From Gemmatimonas sp. (GTDB lineage Bacteria > Gemmatimonadota > Gemmatimonadetes > Gemmatimonadales > Gemmatimonadaceae), in the NCBI GenBank assembly GCA_031414535.1, contig JANNVQ010000030.1, forward strand, positions 1 to 64,000: 64,000 nucleotides of DNA, given 5' to 3'. Position 1 is the stretch's first letter; every line of letters starts with the position of its first letter. A model generated the notes under the pieces. That model saw only the letters and a list, made by a program, of their open reading frames with translations, did no database searches and was not told where the DNA came from. The position numbers and the translations under genes are program-made. Positions 1 to 7,989 of this stretch are shown here, piece after piece.

Positions 1-87
1 GGCCTCGGCTCCATCTTGTTGAAAGGTTCGCCGAGGCCCCACAACCGCATTTTATGGGAGCGCTCGCAGCAGAAGCAAACGTTATAC
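1..87 (+). repeat. attC site, right half (cut by window start)
   Basis: ...CCCCACAACCGCATTTTATG...CAGCAGAAGCAAAC-GTTATAC (R' 81-87); same right arm as the other copies. Confidence 0.85.
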
Positions 88-101
88 GCACGCCGCCGGC
101 T

Positions 102-143
102 CTGGCGTACCCGAACGCAATTCGGTACATTATTCCGTACCGA
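102..143 (+). promoter_or_regulatory. Putative TA promoter/operator
   Basis: TACATT -10-like box (126-131) lies inside the inverted repeat TCGGTAC-N8-GTACCGA (122-143), just upstream of the antitoxin. Confidence 0.5.
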
Positions 144-159
144 CCTTCTGGAGCCCGCG

Positions 160-441
160 ATGCCCAAGCTGAAACCGTCCCGTGATATCCAGCCCGTCAC
201 GGAGTTCCGCGCCAATGCCGCGCAGGTGATCGAACAGGTCCGCGAGACCGGCGCCCCCGTCTTCCTGACCCAGCATGGGCGCGGCGCCGCCGTGCTCCTC
301 GACGTCGAGTCGTACGAAGCCCTCGTCGACGAACTGGAGCTGCTGCGCGATGTGCGCACCGCCGAGACCCAGGTCGCCGCTGGCAAGGGTCGCAGTCACG
401 CCACCGTCGCCAAGGCCCTGCGCGCCCGCCTCGCCAAGTGA
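160..441 (+). CDS. Phd/YefM family antitoxin
   Basis: IQPVTEFRANAAQVIEQVRETGAPVFLTQHGRGAAVLL is Phd-like; GGAG before ATG160; GTGA overlap with the toxin. Confidence 0.9.
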   Translation: MPKLKPSRDIQPVTEFRANAAQVIEQVRETGAPVFLTQHGRGAAVLLDVESYEALVDELELLRDVRTAETQVAAGKGRSHATVAKALRARLAK

Positions 442-740
442 AGGTCATCTGGTCGCCGCTTGCGGAGCGGCGCGCCATCGAAGCCTTCGACGCCATCGCC
501 AAGGATCGGCCGCAGGCCGCCGCCAAGTGGCTGCGCGAGCTGCTTGCGCGTGTCGGCACGCTGGACCGGTTCGCGAAGCGTGGTCGCGTAGTGCCCGAGA
601 TTGGTAAGGCGACCCACCGACAGATCCTGCATCATCCGTATCGCATCGTCTATCGCGTGGACGCGAAGCAGGTGGTTGTGCTCACCATCCGGCACTCGCG
701 GCGCGACTGGGATTCGAGCGAGATCGTGCAGGGCGTATAA
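438..740 (+). CDS. RelE/ParE family toxin
   Basis: MKVIWSPLA...GRVVPEI...HPYRIVYRV...VLTIRHSRR; its TAA stop lies in the attC R'' box. Confidence 0.9.
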   Translation: MKVIWSPLAERRAIEAFDAIAKDRPQAAAKWLRELLARVGTLDRFAKRGRVVPEIGKATHRQILHHPYRIVYRVDAKQVVVLTIRHSRRDWDSSEIVQGV

Positions 741-871
741 CGACGCTTGCTACTGACGGTCGCGGGTAAGGATTGGGTTGGGCGGGGTGGCCGTGATGAC
801 CCGGGCTGGTTGCGGCCACCCCGCCCAACCCTTTCTATGATGAGCGTTCACAGCAGAAGCACACGTTATGG
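735..871 (+). repeat. attC site (intact)
   Basis: R'' GTATAAC; L'' GCTTGCTACTG pairs with L' CAGCAGAAGC leaving an extra G; R' GTTATGG; perfect 19-bp internal stem 775-793/813-831. Confidence 0.92.
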
Positions 872-898
872 CGACCAGGCAACCTTGGACGTGATCGA

Positions 899-1396
899 AT
901 GTCTCTCCGACAACTGACACTGGCGCTGTGCTTCTTGAGTGCGACCGTGGCCCATGCGCAGGCACGCACCCCGCGCACCGCAGCGGAAACTATCGCAGCC
1001 GCTCGGCGCACGCAGAATGAACTGCTGCGCATCGGACAGCTCGACTCAGCGGCCACGTTCTGGACCGAGGACATTGTCGTGTTGGCGGGGCTTGGCTCCC
1101 GCGTGGACGGTCGCGTGGCGCTACGAGACGCGTTTGCGCAGGATAGCATCGTGTTCTACCGCCGAGAGCCCGAGCAGGTGGACGTCAGTGCCAGCTGGCC
1201 GCTCGCCTTCGAGCGCGGTCGATGGGTCGGCGTCTTCCGCGGCGACACAAGCATCGTCCTCATCACCGGGTGGTACTCGGCCCGCTGGCTCCGTGAAGGG
1301 ACGCGGTGGCGCATTCAAGCCGAGCAGTTTGTCGCGAACGAGTGCCACCCTCTCGCGTGCACATGGCCCCTGGCGCCTCGGCGCGCGGCGCCATAA
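899..1396 (+). CDS. Secreted SnoaL/DUF4440 (NTF2-like) protein, cassette
   Basis: Signal peptide; FWTEDIVV...GRVALRDAF...AFERGRW...GWYSARW pattern; stop lies in attC. Confidence 0.75.
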   Translation: MSLRQLTLALCFLSATVAHAQARTPRTAAETIAAARRTQNELLRIGQLDSAATFWTEDIVVLAGLGSRVDGRVALRDAFAQDSIVFYRREPEQVDVSASWPLAFERGRWVGVFRGDTSIVLITGWYSARWLREGTRWRIQAEQFVANECHPLACTWPLAPRRAAP

Positions 1397-1526
1397 CGAC
1401 GCTTGCCGCCGACAGCCGCGGGTAAGGATGCAGTTGTGGGGCGCGAGCTTTATTCTATGGGACGTCCTGCGGCCGCCCGACAACTGCTTTTCATGGAAAC
1501 GGTTGTAGCAGAAGCACACATTATGC
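1391..1526 (+). repeat. attC site (R' GTT changed to ATT)
   Basis: CCATAAC-GACGCTTGCCG...GCAGTTGTGGG...CAACTGC...TAGCAGAAGCACAC-ATTATGC. Confidence 0.88.
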
Positions 1527-1540
1527 GAACGCCGCCGGCA

Positions 1541-1569
1541 TTGACGTGTGTCACGTTACACGTTACATT
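1541..1569 (+). promoter_or_regulatory. sigma70-like promoter of higBA with operator
   Basis: TTGACG-N17-TACATT; palindrome TGAC-GTGT-GTCA (1542-1553) and a CACGTTA direct repeat overlap it. Confidence 0.65.
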
Positions 1570-1574
1570 TCGGC

Positions 1575-1856
1575 GTGATCAAGACTTTCGCTGATCGGCG
1601 GACTGAAGAGCTCTTCCGCACAGGGAAAGCCAAGAAGGTGCCCGCCGACGTCGCGCGCCGTGCCCTGCGCAAGCTCGAAGCCGTGCACGTCGCGCATAAA
1701 GTCTCCGATCTCAAAGTGCCGCCCGGCCATCGCCTGCACGCCCTCAAGGGCGATCGCGCGAGGCAGCACTCGATTTCTGTGAACGACCAATGGCGCATCT
1801 GCTTCCGCTTCGAAGACGGGGACGCATTCGACGTCGAGTTCTGCGACTACCACTAG
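1575..1856 (+). CDS. higB: HigB toxin (RelE-like, proteic killer type)
   Basis: MIKTFADRRTEELF...PPGHRLHALKGDR..QHSISVNDQWRICFRF...DYH. Confidence 0.9.
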   Translation: MIKTFADRRTEELFRTGKAKKVPADVARRALRKLEAVHVAHKVSDLKVPPGHRLHALKGDRARQHSISVNDQWRICFRFEDGDAFDVEFCDYH

Positions 1857-1868
1857 CTGGAGTTTTCC

Positions 1869-2183
1869 ATGAGCATTGCCAACACCCGTCCGCTCGAGCG
1901 TCGGCCCATTCATCCCGGCGAGATACTGCGTGAGGACTTCGTGACCGAGTATGGCCTGTCGGTCACGGCGCTCGCCGAGGCCGCCGGTGTGTCGCGTCAG
2001 TCGATGAACGAGCTGCTACGCGAGAAGCGCGCCGTGAGCCCCGAGATGGCGCTGCGCCTCGGCAAGCTGTTCGGCACGTCGCCGGAGTTCTGGCTCAACC
2101 TCCAGCGCAATGTCGACCTGTGGGACGCGGCCCGCGGACTCAAGCGCGAGATTGCGCACATTCATCCCCTGCAAGTCGCATAA
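1869..2183 (+). CDS. higA: HigA antitoxin (HTH)
   Basis: PIHPGEILREDF...SPEMALRLGKLFGTSPEFWLNLQ; follows the toxin; stop lies in attC. Confidence 0.92.
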   Translation: MSIANTRPLERRPIHPGEILREDFVTEYGLSVTALAEAAGVSRQSMNELLREKRAVSPEMALRLGKLFGTSPEFWLNLQRNVDLWDAARGLKREIAHIHPLQVA

Positions 2184-2274
2184 CGGCGCTTGCTGCCGAT
2201 GAACGCGGCGAAGGATGCAGTGGCCCCACCACTGCTTTCTATTCAAGCGTCCGCGGCAAAAGCACATGTTAAAC
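2178..2274 (+). repeat. attC site (short, 97 bp)
   Basis: GCATAAC-GGCGCTTGCTGCCG...GCAGTGG/CCACTGC...CGGCAAAAGCACAT-GTTAAAC. Confidence 0.85.
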
Positions 2275-2287
2275 GCACGATCGACGC

Positions 2288-2316
2288 TTGTGACCTGATC
2301 GAGGGTTCAATACGTT
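2288..2316 (+). promoter_or_regulatory. Possible internal promoter of the MBL gene
   Basis: TTGTGA-N17-TACGTT ends 7 nt before ATG2324. Confidence 0.4.
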
Positions 2317-2323
2317 GTCGCAC

Positions 2324-3256
2324 ATGCTCGATTCTGGCCACCGCATACCTACAGTATCTCTCGCCGCAGCCGGCACTGTCATATTCGTGCTGTTCTTCGC
2401 GCTCACGCCGAGATCCGCGACCGCCCAACGCGCCGCTCTGACCGGTGCCTACGACTCCGCCGCGTGTCCCAGCTGCGCGGCCTGGAACGCGCCGCAAACA
2501 CCTCTCCGGCTCTTCGGTAACACCTACTACGTCGGCACGCGGGGGTTGAGCGCCCTGCTCATCACTTCGAATGAGGGCCATATCCTCATCGACGCGGGCC
2601 TCCCGAGCTCGGCGCCTCGCATTCTGGCGAACGTTGCCGCACTCGGTTTCCGCGCTTCGGACATCAGGATCATCCTCAATTCGCACGCGCACTACGATCA
2701 TGCTGGCGGGATTGCGGCCCTTCTGGAAGTCACTGGCGCGCGCGTGATCGCGAGTGCCGCAAGCGCACCAGTGATCACACTCGGCCTTCCCGACCATGAT
2801 GATCCGCAGCACGGCATTGCACTGCCGATGCCGCCAGTGCGCGATGTCGAAGTGCTCGACGCGGAGCAGGTTGTGCGACTCGGGCCGCTCGCGCTGACGC
2901 CCCACGCGACCGGCGGTCATACGCCCGGCGGCACCACCTGGAGCTGGCGTTCGTGCGACGGCGCGCGGTGCCTCGACTTCGTGTACGCCGACAGTCAATC
3001 GCCGATCTCCGAGGATGGCTTCCGCTTCACCGGCAGCACGCGCTACCCAACGGCGATCGCCGATTTCGAGCGAGGGCATACGTTGCTCGAGGCGCTTTCC
3101 TGCGATGTGTTGATCACCCCGCACCCGGGAGCGTCCTCGCTGTGGGAGCGCGCGACGACGGCACCCGAGGGATTGATCGACCGCCAAGCTTGCAGGCGGT
3201 ACGCAGCGTCAGCGAGGCGCGCCCTGCAGGCGCGGCTCGCCGTTGAGAAGCCCTGA
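2324..3256 (+). CDS. Subclass B3 metallo-beta-lactamase
   Basis: Signal peptide; WNAPQTPLRLFGNTYYVGT; NSHAHYDH, GHTPGG and LITPHP zinc ligands; FVYADS. Confidence 0.9.
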   Translation: MLDSGHRIPTVSLAAAGTVIFVLFFALTPRSATAQRAALTGAYDSAACPSCAAWNAPQTPLRLFGNTYYVGTRGLSALLITSNEGHILIDAGLPSSAPRILANVAALGFRASDIRIILNSHAHYDHAGGIAALLEVTGARVIASAASAPVITLGLPDHDDPQHGIALPMPPVRDVEVLDAEQVVRLGPLALTPHATGGHTPGGTTWSWRSCDGARCLDFVYADSQSPISEDGFRFTGSTRYPTAIADFERGHTLLEALSCDVLITPHPGASSLWERATTAPEGLIDRQACRRYAASARRALQARLAVEKP

Positions 3257-3607
3257 CCGTCCGCCGAACACGCGCAGACGGACTCGGGCATCAGGGATTT
3301 TGCACCTGCAGGTGCTCGTTGTACGCGAGGACGATGGCCAACCTCGTCAGGTGATCGATCTCGGTCACGGTTTGATGTGAATGCGGCTACCTGGCCGTGC
3401 GCGGAGCGAACACGACCAGCATCCACTCCTCGGTACCACTGTTCGCGTACGTTCGCGTGACACCAACCGCATCCGATGAGAGCGACGAGCACTGCCGTAG
3501 CCGGCGCGGCCGTCCGCTGCGGTGCGGCGGCAGCAGGCGAGAGAGCCGGGCGTTCCGCGCGCGGTCATATAGCGATCAGGCACGCTATGGTGGTGCCCGC
3601 TGCGCCG

Positions 3608-3649
3608 GCACATTTTATGGAGTGCCTGCCGCACAAGCCCACGTTTGCT
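3608..3649 (+). repeat. Degenerate attC right arm
   Basis: CATTTTATGGAGTGCCTGCCGCACAAGCCCAC-GTTTGCTGG resembles the arm at 48-87; its end nearly complements CCAGCTAGC at 4111. Confidence 0.6.
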
Positions 3650-3674
3650 GGACCTCAGCACACCAACGTTCCGA

Positions 3675-4118
3675 GTGAATACGCCCGCCCCTCACATCAC
3701 GCTAGATACGCAATCCGCTTTCGGGCGCCGCATTGGCGGCTGTCTCCTCGGATTCGTATTGTTCATTGTCTGCCTAACCGCGAGCGACTACATCGCGCGA
3801 CTGCTCCCGCCAATCGCGTTGCAGATTGGGGCGATCGTCATCGGGGTCGGTCTCATCCAACTCTTCCGGCTGGTCGCCGCACGGCGCTGGTACGTGGGGA
3901 CGCCGGATGTGGTCGAGATTCTCGCTGCGGACTTCACGAGCATTCGGCGTCGAGACCTCGCCGACATTCGATTAGAGTTTCCCCCCGACGCACCATTCTT
4001 TGAGCGCGCGTTGCACGAGACGCTCTACGTACTCAAGTGGTGCGCGCACTTGCTGATTTTCGCGGGTCTCGGAAGCCTCCTCCACTCGGGGATCCGCTAC
4101 TTCGGACTCGCCAGCTAG
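3675..4118 (+). CDS. Hypothetical membrane protein, cassette
   Basis: Three hydrophobic segments; lies between two attC-like sites. Confidence 0.55.
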   Translation: MNTPAPHITLDTQSAFGRRIGGCLLGFVLFIVCLTASDYIARLLPPIALQIGAIVIGVGLIQLFRLVAARRWYVGTPDVVEILAADFTSIRRRDLADIRLEFPPDAPFFERALHETLYVLKWCAHLLIFAGLGSLLHSGIRYFGLAS

Positions 4119-4173
4119 CGCAGCTTGCTGTCGACAGCCGCGGGTAAGGGTGCAGCAGAAGCAAACGTGATGT
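4113..4173 (+). repeat. Degenerate, internally deleted attC
   Basis: GCTTGCTGTCGACAGCCGCGGGTAAGG-GTGCAGCAGAAGCAAAC-GTGATGT; both arms are kept and the central stem is lost. Confidence 0.8.
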
Positions 4174-4188
4174 GCAAATGAGGTTTGG

Positions 4189-4596
4189 GTGATACTCAGG
4201 CTTACTCCACTACTCGTAGCAGTCCTCCCGATCGCTCTCCACGCGCGGAACCCAACGGTGCGCGAGGTGCCGCTTCGCGTCGATACCGTTCGCGTCGCGA
4301 CGGGTAGGACAGTTCTTCAATCCGGCAGTCGTGAAGGAGCTAATGGCGGAGATTTCGTCGCCTTCGTATCTGGACGTCAGTTGTGGACTATCGACGGGAA
4401 CCTCCGCGTTACGACACCAGTTCGATCCCCAGGTTTTCCGTAGCAGGCGAATCACTTTAGCGCCGTCTGCTTCGTCGAACGAATTGGGAGACACTGGGTC
4501 GTAGGCGCTGACTCTGGCGTCTATGTTGTGAAGCTACCGGTTCCTGGCTGGCGACCCTGGCGCCGTTCGGCCTGCTAGGACAGTTGAGGCGCGCGC
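4189..4596 (+). pseudogene. Degraded secreted-protein cassette
   Basis: Signal-peptide-like start, early stop at 4443; cassette ends GTGATGTGC/GCACATAAC still pair. Confidence 0.45.
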
Positions 4597-4636
4597 ACAT
4601 AACGATGCTCGCTGATTGACAGCTGCGGGTAAGCAT
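4597..4636 (+). repeat. attC left arm remnant
   Basis: ACATAAC-GATGCTCGCTGATTGACAGCTGCGGGTAAGCAT matches the family left arm. Confidence 0.7.
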
Positions 4637-4918
4637 CTGGATTGACTTCGATCGCGATACTGCGACCTTCGATGTGCAGTACGCCACCGCCGATGGTCGC
4701 CGCCACACCAATTGATGCGTCGTGCCGTCGCATCCGCTCGCCCGACAGGCGGTCCTTTGGGAGCGCCCGCTCCAAGGCACCGCATAGCGATGGACCCATT
4801 GCCCGGAGCGCTCGTGCCCGACATCGCCACCAACGTCGCACTCTGGCAAGTGGTCGCGATCGGCGCGCGTGGATTCGCACAGCCCCGAGAACTCGCCCTG
4901 AAGCTCCTCGCCGCCGGC

Positions 4919-4992
4919 AGCTAACGGCAGTTGGTGCAGATGGCCGCCCCAGGGAAGCAGGTGGGCGGCCGCAGCACAGCCACACGTTTATC
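4919..4992 (+). repeat. Short attC-like site
   Basis: AGCTAAC...GGCCGCCC/GGGCGGCC stem...GCAGCACAGCCACAC-GTTATCC. Confidence 0.65.
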
Positions 4993-5014
4993 CGACTTCG
5001 ACACGGTGATCTAA

Positions 5015-5956
5015 ATGAGAAGATTCACGGCCTGCGCGCTCCTTCTCTTCGCAACCAGTGGAACGCTATGGGCGCAGCAAGGCGTCCCGAGTTCGCCCGG
5101 CCGACACCGCATCGAGGTGCGCAGCTCGGCTGACGGAAGCCTGCAGCCGTCCTACGTCACTCTGCCTACAGAGCGTGGCGCGCCCGCCCCGCTCGCCGTC
5201 CTGTTGCACACGTGGAGTTTCGACCTCGAGCAGCGAGACTCGACGGTTGAAGCGGAAGCTCAGAAACGAGGATGGATCCTCCTCGCTCCCAACTTTCGCG
5301 GCCGCAACGATCACCCCCAGGCCTGCGGTTCTCCCGCCGCTCAGCAAGACATCCTCGACGCGGTGGCATGGATTCGCAGACACTACAGCGTGGACACTCG
5401 TCGCATCTACTTGCTGGGGCTCTCGGGGGGCGGCTACATGACAATGCTGATGGCCGCGAGGCATCCCGACCTGTGGTCCGCGGCAAGCGCTTGGGTCGGC
5501 ATTAGTGACTTGACGGCCTGGTACACGTCGCACAGCGAAGACCGGTACGGTGAGATGTTGCGCGCGTGCTTCGGCGGGAACCCCACCGCGAGCGACAGCA
5601 CCGCTCGTGAGTTCCAAGCGCGCTCCCCCGTCACCCACCTTGGTTCCCGGCACCGCGTTCCGATGGACCTGGCGGCGGGCCGCTACGACAGCGTCGTCGC
5701 CGTGTCTCACACCCTGCGCGCCTTCCAGTTGCTTGCTCCTGGGGTCGTGGCCGATGCCGACGTTGAGATGCTCATGTCAGACGGCCCGGGCCTTCCAGCG
5801 CCCGCCCCAGCCGATACGACGAGTGATCCGCTCCTCGGTCGCCGCATCTTTCTTCGTCGAGTGTCCGGTCCATCTCGCGTAACAATCTTCGACGGTGGCC
5901 ATGAGTGGGTGCCGCGCGCCGCGATTGAGTGGTTAGCGAAGCAACGTAAGCCCTAA
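5015..5956 (+). CDS. Secreted alpha/beta hydrolase (S9/prolyl oligopeptidase-like)
   Basis: Signal peptide; GLSGGG nucleophile elbow; FDGGHE His; stop lies in CCCTAAC. Confidence 0.8.
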   Translation: MRRFTACALLLFATSGTLWAQQGVPSSPGRHRIEVRSSADGSLQPSYVTLPTERGAPAPLAVLLHTWSFDLEQRDSTVEAEAQKRGWILLAPNFRGRNDHPQACGSPAAQQDILDAVAWIRRHYSVDTRRIYLLGLSGGGYMTMLMAARHPDLWSAASAWVGISDLTAWYTSHSEDRYGEMLRACFGGNPTASDSTAREFQARSPVTHLGSRHRVPMDLAAGRYDSVVAVSHTLRAFQLLAPGVVADADVEMLMSDGPGLPAPAPADTTSDPLLGRRIFLRRVSGPSRVTIFDGGHEWVPRAAIEWLAKQRKP

Positions 5957-6171
5957 CCGCTGTATCCGACTCTACCTTCCGTGCGTACCCTCCGGGAGGC
6001 AGTGATGGCCAAAACGCGCCGGGTGATTTGCTCGCTCAATACGAACATCGTCTTCAATGCGCTACGCCAGCCGGCCGAGCTCGACCGGTTGAAGACGTTT
6101 CTCAGCTGGGCGTTGCCGTCAACGGTGCTCTCAAGCGTCGTCGCCGCGGCGCTCACGACCAGCGCGCGGCC

Positions 6172-6240
6172 GTATGACGACGCTTGCTGCCGTCAACCGC
6201 GAGTGCAGTAGCGGTTGCGGACACCCTAGACACGTTAGCC
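6172..6240 (+). repeat. Degenerate attC
   Basis: GTATGAC-GACGCTTGCTGCCG...CAACCGC/GCGGTTG...ACAC-GTTAGCC. Confidence 0.7.
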
Positions 6241-6273
6241 AACGCCGCGCCGGCCAATCACCAAGCCCGACAA

Positions 6274-6735
6274 TCACGCCAACGTAGGTACCGACAGCTC
6301 AGACGTGCAGTGCGCGCATCGAGTCGCCCTGAGCGGAATGGGCGTGAGACACCGAGGACAGTCTTTCGTCGTCACCAGCGCGGGCGGCGGCGGTCCCTTC
6401 ATCTTGTTCACCGCCTTTACAAGCAGAAAGATGCAAAACGCGATGATCGTGAAGTCGATCATCGTGTTGATGAACGAACCGTACGCGATGACCGCCGCGC
6501 CAGCCTCCTGCGCTTGGACGAGTGAGGTGACGCCGGCCGTCTTGTCGGGATCGAGACTGACGAAGAGGTCCTTGAAGTTGACCCCGCCGAGCAACTTGCC
6601 GACCGGCGGCATCAGGATGTCGCCGACCAGTGACGTCACAATCTTGCCGAACGCGGCGCCGATCACGACGCCCACCGCGAGGTCGACCACATTGCCCCGC
6701 ATCGCGAACTCCCTGAACTCCTTTACCACTCCCAT
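6274..6735 (-). CDS. mscL: Large-conductance mechanosensitive channel with C-terminal CxxC-CxxC
   Basis: [33 protein letters not shown]...[15 protein letters not shown]...CAHC tail. Confidence 0.95.
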   Translation of the reverse strand: MGVVKEFREFAMRGNVVDLAVGVVIGAAFGKIVTSLVGDILMPPVGKLLGGVNFKDLFVSLDPDKTAGVTSLVQAQEAGAAVIAYGSFINTMIDFTIIAFCIFLLVKAVNKMKGPPPPALVTTKDCPRCLTPIPLRATRCAHCTSELSVPTLA

Positions 6736-6819
6736 TTGCCGCTCCGGATGAGGTTTAGACTTGAGTGTACGCGGTCGAGATTCATGCACCCAATGCTGCA
6801 ACCTCGCCACAGACCCGCG

Positions 6820-6958
6820 CGCTAACGACGCTTGCTGACTGACAGCCGCGGGTATGGATGCAGTTCTGGGGCCGCCACGTCATCGTACATGGGACAGCCT
6901 GCGGCTTCCCCACGACTGCTTTTTATGAAAGCGTCCACAGCGGAAGCACACGTTATAC
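6820..6958 (+). repeat. attC site (intact)
   Basis: CGCTAAC-GACGCTTGCTGACTGACAGCCGCGGGTATGGATGCAGTT...ACTGC...CAGCGGAAGCACAC-GTTATAC. Confidence 0.9.
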
Positions 6959-7089
6959 CGACCACGCCAAGCTCGCTCCACCCTCAGCCATGGCCCAGTG
7001 GCCCGATTCGCGCGCTTCTATTCGCTAGCGTCGGCCGCTCTACTCAACGCGGAACCGCCGCGATCGATCCCAAAATAGCTGGGCCATGC

Positions 7090-7127
7090 GAGAAGGCCGG
7101 CGGGCTTCGCGCTCCGCCGGCCTTCTC
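7090..7127. terminator. GC-rich hairpin, probable terminator
   Basis: GAGAAGGCCGGCGG / CCGCCGGCCTTCTC inverted repeat just after the 7148 stop. Confidence 0.65.
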
Positions 7128-7147
7128 TGTTCAATCCCAACCGCGAA

Positions 7148-7645
7148 TCACCTGCCGGTCACAGTGGAGTCGGTCATCCCCATGAGATAATTGATCTTCC
7201 AGCTACCGTCCGCTTCCTTGTTGAGGCCGGCGATCCATCGGCCGGCTCGGCGCATCGTCTTGCCGCGGACGACGGTGGCATCTGCCCATGTGCCGGTCTG
7301 CGCGACGCGCCCTTCCGACAGGAAGGCGGTGTTGCGCACCGTGGACATCCACTCCGACGGCTTGCCCATGGCGAAGGTGGCCGAGTCGCGGGACATGATC
7401 GCCGCGCGCCCCACCAGCGTGGGCACGCCGGTGAGCTCAACGACGGCAGCATCGGTGTAGAGCGCATTCAACGCGGCGGCGTCGCCGGCGAGAATCGCTG
7501 CGCGATAGGCTTCGCCAAAGGGCGCAATCTCGGCAGCGAGCGCGGTGGTGTCGGGCGCGACGGCGGCGACAGCCGGTTGCTCCTTGGGCGTGCAGGCGGC
7601 GAGCGTGGCAACGGCCAGAAGGGCGGGAAGGAAGCGACGAAGCAT
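7148..7645 (-). CDS. DUF4440/SnoaL-like lipoprotein
   Basis: Lipobox LAAC; AGDAAALNALYTDAA...GRAAI...DGSWKI. Confidence 0.75.
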   Translation of the reverse strand: MLRRFLPALLAVATLAACTPKEQPAVAAVAPDTTALAAEIAPFGEAYRAAILAGDAAALNALYTDAAVVELTGVPTLVGRAAIMSRDSATFAMGKPSEWMSTVRNTAFLSEGRVAQTGTWADATVVRGKTMRRAGRWIAGLNKEADGSWKINYLMGMTDSTVTGR

Positions 7646-7989
7646 AGGGCAGGTCCTCGACGGGGGGAGAAACTCAATCGGGTCAGGCCGAGTATACGTC
7701 ATTATTCCTTTCCGCGCGAACGCAGTTGCGCCCGTGACACCCGAGACACCACGTGACGGTCGGCCTAGCGATCTCGGTCCTAGCTTGTTTCCCAGCGCTG
7801 ACAGCTGGCGCCCCCCTCCCCCGGACGATGCTCCGGCCTCGGTACGACACCCGGGGTGGGCGGCTACGTGACCCATAATACGCGACCCCGTGAGCTTGGG
7901 TCTGGCCGCGTCACCGACGGCGTTCGTTATCGAGCACGCGAGGTCAACACCGTCTAGCGCTGGGGGGCGGCGGTGGCTAGATAGCGTAC

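Noticed and set aside
3251..3600. attC after the MBL gene and ORFs in this gap
   Set aside because: CCCTGAC does not pair with the upstream GTTAAAC, no L box follows, and the ORFs have no recognisable motifs.
4637..4924. Short ORFs between attC remnants (also 5981-6211)
   Set aside because: Probably gene fragments, but no family or start signal is identifiable.
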